From positions 28,025 to 92,024 of the forward strand of contig JAJXUG010000009.1 in the NCBI GenBank assembly GCA_021783095.1: a DNA stretch of 64,000 nucleotides. The letters are read 5' to 3'. Of this stretch, positions 47,634-59,410 are shown in pieces (the stretch's first letter is position 1; each line of letters begins with the position of its first letter). Both the position numbers and the translations under genes were made by a program. The notes under the pieces were generated by a model, which saw only the letters and a program-made list of their open reading frames with translations, was not told the DNA's origin and ran no database searches. Source of the stretch: Chloroflexota bacterium (GTDB lineage Bacteria > Chloroflexota > Limnocylindria > Limnocylindrales > CSP1-4).

Positions 47634-48092
47634 CTACCCCTCGAACTTGTGCTGCGGCACGAGGTTCAGGCAGACCGAGCACGCCGCGTCGGCCAGGCCG
47701 CCGACGTGCTCGGACAGGTCCGGCTCGTCCTGGGTGCCGCAGACTTGGAAGGTGTAGGTCGCCCGCTCGGCGTCGGACAGGCCGAAGCCATTGGGGCCCG
47801 TCGCCCAGGCGAGGATCGCCCGCAGCGCCTTGGCCGGCGGCTCGTCGGTCGTCTTGTCCACCCCGTTGAACGACACGGTCACGGCGACCCGGCGGCAGGT
47901 CCCCGCGAACAGGCGGGCACCGGCGGCCACGCCTTGGCTGTCGAGCGTGGCGCTCGCGTCGAGGGGCTCGTCGCGCCCGTCCGCGAACAGCTCGCCGCTC
48001 GCCCCGGCGCGGCCCATCAGCTCGGCCGGCGTGTCGCTAGGCTCGACCGACACAACGGACCGCGACCGGCCCTGGCCCACGAACAAGTCCAT
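47634..48092 (-). CDS. Ubiquitin-like protein, tandem beta-grasp (multiubiquitin/BilA-like), ending in Gly
   Basis: ORF 47634..48092, 152 aa. Two roughly 70-aa halves. C-terminus ...LVPQHKFEG-stop exposes a terminal glycine. Strong SD (GGAGGAGG) upstream. 1-nt gap to the E2 gene. Confidence 0.65.
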   Translation of the reverse strand: MDLFVGQGRSRSVVSVEPSDTPAELMGRAGASGELFADGRDEPLDASATLDSQGVAAGARLFAGTCRRVAVTVSFNGVDKTTDEPPAKALRAILAWATGPNGFGLSDAERATYTFQVCGTQDEPDLSEHVGGLADAACSVCLNLVPQHKFEG

Positions 48093-48191
48093 CGCGACCT
48101 CCTCCGGCCTCGGCCGGGGTGTACCATCGTTGCTGTACCGGACGTGTGACGGAGATCCGGTGCCGGTACTAGCGGTAGGAGTGTACCAGAA
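48093..48191. promoter_or_regulatory. Divergent promoter/operator region between the Ubl operon and the XRE-ImmA pair
   Basis: 99-bp spacer. GTGTACC at 48119-48125 and 48181-48187. Inverted repeat GTACCGG (48135-48141) / CCGGTAC (48163-48169). SD AGGAG (48177-48181) lies 10 nt before the XRE GTG. Confidence 0.5.
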
Positions 48192-48650
48192 GTGGATCGC
48201 CGGTCAATGCATGATTCTGACCTGCGCGCCCTCGGCGGCCGTGCCGCCGCCCTCCGCAAGAAGCGCGGCCTCAGCCTCCGCGACGCCGCCGCGGAGATCG
48301 GGATCTCGTTCAACACGCTCGCCCGCGTGGAGAAGGGCCACCTGCCCGACTTGCAGAACCTGCAGCGGATCCAGGCATGGCTCGGCGACACCCCGGCCCG
48401 ACCCGCGCCAGCGCCCGGGGTCTCGACGCCCGAGGCCATCGCGAGCCACCTGCAGACCGACCCCATGCTGCCGCCCGAGGCCGCTGCGCGCATCGCCGGC
48501 ATCGTCCGCGACCTCTACGAGGCCCTCGCGAAGACGCCGGCCGCCACTCCGGTCCACCTGCGCGCAGCGCGGACGTTCTCGCCCGACGCCTCACGCGAGC
48601 TCGCCGACATCCTGGCGCGGATGCACGAGCGACTGATGAGCGGCGCCTGA
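48192..48650 (+). CDS. XRE-family helix-turn-helix regulator (CapH-like)
   Basis: ORF 48192..48650. HTH LRKKRGLSLRDAAAEIGISFNTLARVEKG. GTG start with a good SD. Confidence 0.8.
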   Translation: MDRRSMHDSDLRALGGRAAALRKKRGLSLRDAAAEIGISFNTLARVEKGHLPDLQNLQRIQAWLGDTPARPAPAPGVSTPEAIASHLQTDPMLPPEAAARIAGIVRDLYEALAKTPAATPVHLRAARTFSPDASRELADILARMHERLMSGA

Positions 48651-49225
48651 TGCTGCCGCGCGGCTTCAAGGCCGAGGCCGAGCGCAGGGCGGTCACGCTC
48701 CGCGCTGAGATGGGTCTGCGCCCCACCGACCCAGTCGAGGCGGCCGCCGTGGCTGCCCATCTGCGGATCGGCTTCCGGCGGGCGGACGAGCTGATCCCGA
48801 TCCAGGCCCTCGAGGCGCTGGAGCGGACCCAGCCCGGCTGCTTCTCGGCGTGCACCCTCCCCGGACCGACCGGTCCCGTCGTGATCACGAACCCGTTGAA
48901 CTCGCTGGGCCGACAGCAGAGCGACGCCTTCCACGAGATCAGCCACCTCGTGCTCCGGCACCAGATGCGGACCCTCGAGCGTGTGGGAGACCTCGTGTTC
49001 TTCACCTGCGACTCTGACGACGAGGAGCAGGCGAACTCGCTCGCCGCCACCCTCCTCCTCCCGAGGCCCGCCCTGGTCGCGGCTCATGCCCGGGGGATGG
49101 GCGTCGCGGCGATCGCCGAGACCTACGGCGTCAGCGAGCAGCTCGCCCGTTGGCGGCTGAACGCCTCCGGCGTCGCGATCCAGATCCGACGGCGAGAGCC
49201 CGCCGCCCGAGGCGCTACCGCATAG
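48650..49225 (+). CDS. ImmA/IrrE-family zinc metallopeptidase (CapP-like)
   Basis: ATG 48650-48652 shares one base with the XRE stop (TGATG), in frame with ORF 48377..49225. HExxH motif in AFHEISHLVL. Confidence 0.8.
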   Translation: MLPRGFKAEAERRAVTLRAEMGLRPTDPVEAAAVAAHLRIGFRRADELIPIQALEALERTQPGCFSACTLPGPTGPVVITNPLNSLGRQQSDAFHEISHLVLRHQMRTLERVGDLVFFTCDSDDEEQANSLAATLLLPRPALVAAHARGMGVAAIAETYGVSEQLARWRLNASGVAIQIRRREPAARGATA

Positions 49226-49336
49226 AGCAAGAGGAGGCGCTCTCTCGAAGCCCGTGACGGGCACGGAGCGAGGAGCAGTCGCCACGGGGCCACAGATGAC
49301 ACCGGGAGGTCGGCGTAGGATCGAACAGGATCCGCA

Positions 49337-50614
49337 TTGCCGACGCGATCCTCAGACCGACGACGCATGACCGACGAACCGTCGCTCCCGCAGGCTGACG
49401 AAGAGAGCCCAGAAGCTGTACTGCTGCGCGCGCTGTCACTCCTGTTGCGCGGGGCCGGTTCCGACCCGCTCGCGCCAGCGGCCGCGCCCGTGCCGGAGCC
49501 ACTCCTCTCGGTCGCGGACGCGGCCGGCTACCTCAACGTCTCGACCACGACCGTCCGCAACCTCGCGATCGGCGGCAAGCTGCGGTCGGCCCGCATCGGT
49601 GACCGCATCCGCTTCCGTCGCGCCTGGCTCGACGCGTGGATCGACGAGGGTGGCGGCGAGGTTCCCGCCCCGCCGCCACCCGAGCCACGGGCTGCGCCAG
49701 CACGCGCGCAAGCTGCCCGGCCACCGAGGCCCGCACGCCCCAAGTCGCCGCCCAAGCCCAAGCCCCCGACCTGCATCCAGAGCGTCAACGGCGTCGAACT
49801 CCGGCTCCTGTCCGACGCTGGTCGAGGAACCGTCTACACGTGGCACGCCGGCGATACGCGGCCACTCTGCGGCGCCGATGGACGCTGGAGCCGTTCGCTG
49901 AGGCGCTGCCCCGTCGCCACGTTCTGTGCGAGGTGCCTCACCGCATTGGCGGCCATGCCAGGCACCGACCTCTCCCTGTTCGGGATCGGGCACGTGTACA
50001 TGCTCCGCATGACAACCCGCGGCGCGACGCCGACCCCGATCCGCGCCGGATACCACGAGGGTGACGGTGCCAAGACGCTCTGCGGGAAACGGGAGGGGCC
50101 TTGGGCCCTTACGGAACGGAAGCCGCAGACTCGCGAGTGCTTCGATTGCGATCACCGCGTCCGTTGGCGCAACCGCGACCTGGACAGCTCGTTCCTGGTG
50201 CCACGCCCGATGACGCCCCTGTGCCTCCTCGTCGACGCGGGACCCCTGGATCCGAGGGTCGTCGACCTGGCGGCCCGACACCCTGGTGCTGTCGAGGTGC
50301 GGCAGGCAGCCGAGCCGCTCCCGGAGGACTTCAGCTGGCAGTGGGCGCGGTGGGACCCCGCCTTTGCCGCGGCCACCCCGGTCGGATCGTTCCAGGCGCC
50401 CGACGCGTCCATCACCGGGCCACGGACGCACTGGACGAAGTGGACGCTGTCCGATCGGAGCGATGTGGGCACGCAGTTCGACGACAAGTTCGCGGACCGG
50501 ATGGAGGATTGGGCGACCACGGTAGAGCGGGCTTACGCCCTGTACGCTCGCTGGCACAGGGAGGTTGCCCCGCGTCGTGCGGGCCGGCAACGTGGAGGTC
50601 CAGGGCGCGCCTGA
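49337..50614 (+). CDS. Excisionase-type HTH (MerR-like) protein with Pro-rich linker and duplicated Cys-rich modules
   Basis: ORF 49337..50614; M11 at 49367 is an alternative start. HTH_17-like LLSVADAAGYLNVSTTTVRNLAIGGKLRSARIGDRIRFRRAWLDAWI. Two related modules: WHAGDTRPLCG...CPVATFCARC and YHEGDGAKTLCG...CFDCDH. Confidence 0.6.
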   Translation: MPTRSSDRRRMTDEPSLPQADEESPEAVLLRALSLLLRGAGSDPLAPAAAPVPEPLLSVADAAGYLNVSTTTVRNLAIGGKLRSARIGDRIRFRRAWLDAWIDEGGGEVPAPPPPEPRAAPARAQAARPPRPARPKSPPKPKPPTCIQSVNGVELRLLSDAGRGTVYTWHAGDTRPLCGADGRWSRSLRRCPVATFCARCLTALAAMPGTDLSLFGIGHVYMLRMTTRGATPTPIRAGYHEGDGAKTLCGKREGPWALTERKPQTRECFDCDHRVRWRNRDLDSSFLVPRPMTPLCLLVDAGPLDPRVVDLAARHPGAVEVRQAAEPLPEDFSWQWARWDPAFAAATPVGSFQAPDASITGPRTHWTKWTLSDRSDVGTQFDDKFADRMEDWATTVERAYALYARWHREVAPRRAGRQRGGPGRA

Positions 50615-50790
50615 TGTGGCGTGAGGCGGCCTACGCAGCCCAGAGGGAATACGTCCTCGGGGAGCTCGTCGGCGGCCGCATGCCAACAGGTGCCGCGTGC
50701 GCCAGCGGAGCCGATCAGGCGTAGCAACAATGCAATCGCCAGCCGCTGATAGGGGCGAGCTGGTCGGACAGCATTCGATCTGGGGGAAAC

Positions 50791-52542
50791 ATGGCCGACG
50801 AGACAAGCGCCCTAAGCGTCGTGGTGGACCGACTGGCAGGTGCTTGCGCCGCACGCCAGTGGCACGAGGTCTCTGAGGCGCTGCGGGAGGAACCGCTGTC
50901 CGAACAGGACAGGAATGCCGTCAGGTGGCATGTCGTCGCATTCGACTATGAGCTCGTCCAGCCGGCCGGGCGGCCACATGGGCCTCGCGAGCCAGCACTC
51001 CTCCCCAAAGCGCTCTTCGAGGGCGGGGGATCCTATCCCCCGCCCGTCGAGGAGCTGCCCCAAGAAGCGGTCGTGGCGTGGCGAGAAGCCGCCACGGTGG
51101 CCCCAACGCCGCTCATGGCCGCGAGGTACCGAGACCTCCTGTGGCACCGTCGGGAGGGGCGGGCGGTGGAACATGCTCTTGCCGCAATTGGCGCCTACCT
51201 CGACCTTGCCAACGATCCCGACGCGCATGACGGGATCATGGTCGTGTCGGCGTCGTCACGGGCGCTCGAACTATCGCGAATGATCAACGCAGTCAACCTG
51301 CAGCGGCTGTCGGTCGCGGCTGCCGTCAGCGGGGCGACACGCGAACTCGACCTCGAGCGGCCGCGCCCGGGTATCGCGATCCGATTGTTGGCGCTACTCC
51401 ACCAACTGCCCGTCGTCGAGAGGCCACCCGAGCTCAAGCCGCTCCTCCTGCGATGCGAGGACGCCTTCGGCACAGACGCATACGTGTGCGAGGACGTGGC
51501 TGAGATGCTCATTGGCCATTCCTCTGACGATGCAGAACGGGCTGCAACAATCGCACGACAGATCGCGAGGTGGGAGTCGCGCCACGAGCGTGGGCTTGGG
51601 CGCCTGACTGATCTCCGGGATGCGGCGATCTTCGCCGAGTCATACGGTGCTGGAGATGAGGCCCGGCGACTGCGCCGCCTCGCCGAGCGCATTCCCCCGG
51701 CGGACCTGGAGCTACAGACGATCACCGGGGAATTCGAGATCCCCACGGCGCAGGTCGATGAGCTCATAGCGATCCTGGTCGGAGATGACGACTATGTCTC
51801 CGGTTTGCTGCGTGTCGGTTCTTATGGTCCTCCGAGCGGCGACCCTGAACGGACCGCCGAGGTCGTCAGGGACATCGCCGAAGCGACGCCATTCCTTCAC
51901 CTCGGGCAGCGAACGGTTCTCGGTCCAGAGGGGTCCATCCTGCGCGTCACGCAGTCCGTCGACGAGGCCATCGAAGTCGAGATTCCGAGACATGAGGCCA
52001 CCTCGATCTCCCTAACGAGCCACGTCCTCGCGCGAGCGCTGGATGAGCTGGCCGAGCGCTACGGGGTGCCCGAAGTAGCCGCCCTGACATTGGCGCTCAC
52101 ATCCGACTTCGTGCTACAGCCGACCGCTGAAGCTTTCGCACGTGCGATCAGGCACTATCACGCAGCCGAGTTTGACGCAGCCGGCCATCTCACCGCTCCA
52201 CGTATCGAGCGGCCAATTCGTGCGATTGCGCGGGCGCTCGGGATCTCGGTGACGACGCCTCCTGCCGGCGACCGTCCGGGCGGTGTTCGCTCCGTGGGCG
52301 ATCTCCTCCACGACCTTCGAGGCAGCTTGCCCGAGCCTTGGCGCCGCTACTACATGAACTTGCTCGTCGATCCCTTCGGCCTGAATCTGCGTAACTCCAT
52401 CTCCCACAGCCTCATCGACTACGTCGATCGACCAACGTCGGCGATCTTGATCCATGCCGCAGTCCGCCTCACCCTCTTCGGCATCGTCGATCCAGCGGCC
52501 AACGTCGATCCAGCGGCCGACACCGCTCAGGCGCCCGAGTGA
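50791..52542 (+). CDS. Hypothetical 583-aa protein, DUF4209-like C-terminus
   Basis: ORF 50791..52542 with SD GGGGGA upstream. C-terminal LVDPFGLNLRNSISHSL motif (NLRNxxxH) resembles DUF4209-type proteins. By eye, GC content looks lower than in the flanking genes; not computed. Confidence 0.45.
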   Translation: MADETSALSVVVDRLAGACAARQWHEVSEALREEPLSEQDRNAVRWHVVAFDYELVQPAGRPHGPREPALLPKALFEGGGSYPPPVEELPQEAVVAWREAATVAPTPLMAARYRDLLWHRREGRAVEHALAAIGAYLDLANDPDAHDGIMVVSASSRALELSRMINAVNLQRLSVAAAVSGATRELDLERPRPGIAIRLLALLHQLPVVERPPELKPLLLRCEDAFGTDAYVCEDVAEMLIGHSSDDAERAATIARQIARWESRHERGLGRLTDLRDAAIFAESYGAGDEARRLRRLAERIPPADLELQTITGEFEIPTAQVDELIAILVGDDDYVSGLLRVGSYGPPSGDPERTAEVVRDIAEATPFLHLGQRTVLGPEGSILRVTQSVDEAIEVEIPRHEATSISLTSHVLARALDELAERYGVPEVAALTLALTSDFVLQPTAEAFARAIRHYHAAEFDAAGHLTAPRIERPIRAIARALGISVTTPPAGDRPGGVRSVGDLLHDLRGSLPEPWRRYYMNLLVDPFGLNLRNSISHSLIDYVDRPTSAILIHAAVRLTLFGIVDPAANVDPAADTAQAPE

Positions 52543-52742
52543 GGGCATCGCGTCGACAGCGTCTGTCGGAGCGTCACTCTCGCGTGCTCACTGACGCAAG
52601 AGTTTGCTGATCGAGGCGTGACGGCCAAGCTGACACAGCGGAGTGCAGACTGCGCTGCAGACAGACCACTGCGCTCCCCGCTCCATAGAATGGGAGCGCC
52701 CGCGAGAGGCGGTCCGCAAACGTTCGCCGGGGGAGGTCCAGC

Positions 52743-56329
<3,587 letters not shown>

Positions 56330-56333
<4 letters not shown>

Positions 56334-59300
56334 CCTACCGCAAGAAGCTCATCGAGGTCGCACTCCCGCTAGAGAAGATTAACGCGGCGTGCGCGCGGGA
56401 GAAGGCGATTCGCCACGGTCACCCCAGCACCCTGCACCTCTGGTGGGCGCGTCGGCCGCTTGCAGCCGCCCGGGCGGTCATCTTCAGCCAGATGGTGGAC
56501 GACCCGACCGAATACGTGGATGTGCTCAGGGCTGACCCAAAGCTCCATCGGAAGGCCGAGACTGCCCTCAAGGCGAGACAGAAGCTCTGGGAGGAAGCGC
56601 GGTCGCTCGCTGACAAGGCCAGGGGCACGGGACTGCAGGTCCCCGAACCCGGACCTGAGCCCACGCTCGAGGAAACACTCGCGGATCAGGAGCGTCAGCG
56701 GTTGTTCAGGATCATCGAGGACCTCGTGAAGTGGGAAGGCACCACCGACGAGACGGTGCTACGGCGGGCACGCGATGAGATCTGGGCCAGCTGGCGGCGG
56801 ACATGCCTCGAAGCGGTCGACGACCCGCGAGCGAAGGAGTTGTTCGACCGGCATGAGCTGCCGGCCTTTCACGACCCGTTTGCCGGCGGCGGCGCCCTGA
56901 CGCTAGAGGCACAGAGGCTCGGTCTCGAGAGTTACGCGTCTGATCTCAACCCGGTGGCGGTCCTGATCAACAAGGCGATGATCGAGATCCCGCCCGGGTT
57001 CTCGGGGCAACCGCCCGTGAACGGCGAGTGGCGCACCGATCGGACGCTCCTCGCACGCGAGTTACGCGGCGCACAGGGCCTCGCCGAGGACGTCCGCTAT
57101 TACGGCAAGTGGATGCGCGACGAGGCCGAGCGCCGGATCGGCCACCTTTATCCGAGTGTCGAGGTCACGTCAGGGATGGCGCGGGAGCGGCAGGATCTGC
57201 GCCCATATGTCGGCAGGTCGCTCACCGTTATCGCATGGCTGTGGGCGCGGACCGTGAGGAGTCCGAACCCTGCCTTTTCGCATGTGGAAGTACCCCTCGC
57301 ATCCACATTCCTTCTCGCCGGAATGGCCGGCAGAGAGGCCTATGTCGAGCCGGTTATCCAGGACGGCGGGTACCGCTTCACCGTGAAGACGGGCAACCGG
57401 AGTGAGGCGGTCGCGGCGAAGAATGGCACCAAGCTGTCGCGTGGGGCGAACTTCTCTTGCCTGATGTCGGGTTCCCCGATCGAAGGCGACTACATCAAGG
57501 CCGAAGGCAGGGCCGGGCGCATGGGCGCCCGCCTGATGGCCATCGTCGCCGAGGGTGACCGGGGTCGCGTCTACCTCGCGCCCACGCCTGAGATGGAGGC
57601 CATCGCGCTCACAGCGCGGCCGACTTGGAAGCCGGACACGCAATTGCCGGCCGACCCGCGTTCCCATTGGACACCTCCATATGGGCTGACAACCTACGGT
57701 GACTTGTTCACGAATCGCCAGCTCGTCGCGCTGACGACGTTCGCTGACCTGGTCCTGGAGGCACGCGAGCAGGTGCAGCACGACGCTCTCGCTGCCGGCC
57801 TCTCCAGCGATCCGAAGCCGCTCCGTGACGGAGGGCGAGGCGCGCCGGCCTATGCCGACGCGGTAGGTGTCTATCTCGGCCTCGCCATGAGCCGCTTTAC
57901 TGACCGCAACAACTCGTTGTGCTCCTGGGACAGTGGCCCAGCGGGGACGAAATCATCGACCGGCGGCTCGGCCCGAACCGCGTCGATCCGAAACCTCTTC
58001 TCTCGCCAGGCAGTCCCCATGGCCTGGGACTTCGCTGAAGCCAACCCTTTCAGTGACTCTGGAGGCAGCTATGCGAGTGCTGCGGAATGGATCGTCCCCG
58101 CGATCCGCGGCCTGCCCGGCCTCGTCGCGGGTCATGCTGAGACGGCCGACGCCGCGACTCAGAGTTTGACCCAAGGAAGGGTCGTGTCCACGGATCCGCC
58201 CTACTACGACAACATCGGGTACGCCGATCTCTCTGACTTCTTCTACGTCTGGCTGCGGAGATCGCTCCGCCGGATCTTCCCGGACCTGTTCGCCACACTC
58301 GCCGTGCCGAAGGCCGAGGAACTCGTGGCGACCCCATATCGACATGGCAGCAAGGAAGCGGCGGAGACGTTCTTCCTCGACGGGATGACCCAGGCGATGC
58401 ACCGACTCGCCGAGCAGTCGCACCCGGCCTTCCCCGTCACGATCTACTACGCGTTCAAGCAGGCAGAGAGCGACGGCGCGGACGGCACGACGAACACCGG
58501 CTGGGACACCTTCCTGGCGGCCGTGATCCGGGCCGGCTTCGCGGTCACAGGCACATGGCCGATGCGAACCGAACTCGGCAACCGGATGATCGGATCCGGG
58601 ACCAACGCACTGGCGTCGAGCATTGTCATCGTCTGCCGCCCGCAGCGTGCTGACGCCGCGACCGCGACTCGACGGGAGTACGCAGCGGCGTTGAGGGCCG
58701 AGATGCCGGCAGCCGTCGCCGACCTCCAGCGAGGCAGCATCGCCCCTGTGGACCTCTCGCAGGCTGCCGTCGGCCCGGGCATGGCGATCTTTACGAGGTA
58801 CCTCCAGGTCCTCGACGCCCAGGGCAGACCCCTGTCGGTGAGCGAGGCGATCGCCATGATCAATGCGACCCTTGACGAAGTGCTCGCCGAGCAGGAGGGC
58901 GACTTCGACCCCGACACGCGCTGGGCGCTCGCCTGGTTCGAGCACGTCGGCTTCGAGGAGGGCGAGTTCGGCATCGCGGAGACGCTGTCCAAGGCCAAGG
59001 TCACGAGTGTCGCCGGGATGGTCGAGGCCGGGATCGTCGCCGCAGGGCGTGGCAAGGTTCGCCTTCTCCGACCTGACGAGCTTCCCGCCGACTGGAACCC
59101 TGCGACGGACAGCCGCCTCACGGCCTGGGAGGTGGTGCACCACTTGGTCCGAGCAAGCGGCGGTGCCAACGGGAGCGAGTCCGCTGCCGCTGAGCTCGTC
59201 GCCAAGCTTGGTGCGCGAGCCGAAGTCGCCCGCGAGTTGGCATACCGCCTGTTCGCTCTGAGCGACCGCAAGAAGCGGTACGCCGACGCTCAGGCGTACA

Positions 59301-59407
59301 ACGGTCTGATCCAGAGCTGGCCCGAGATCACCCGCCTCGCCCACGAGGGCGGCGAGACAGTGGTCTCTCGGCCGGGACTCTTCGACGCACTGGAGGACGG
59401 GGGGTAG
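56330..59407 (+). CDS. DUF1156-domain DNA methyltransferase (DPPY type)
   Basis: ORF 56330..59407. ATGA overlap with the helicase. DUF1156-like N-terminus (IRHGHPSTLHLWWARRP). SAM motif DPFAGGGALTLEA. Catalytic STDPPYYDNIGYADLSDFFYVWLRR. Confidence 0.85.
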
Positions 59408-59410
59408 CGC

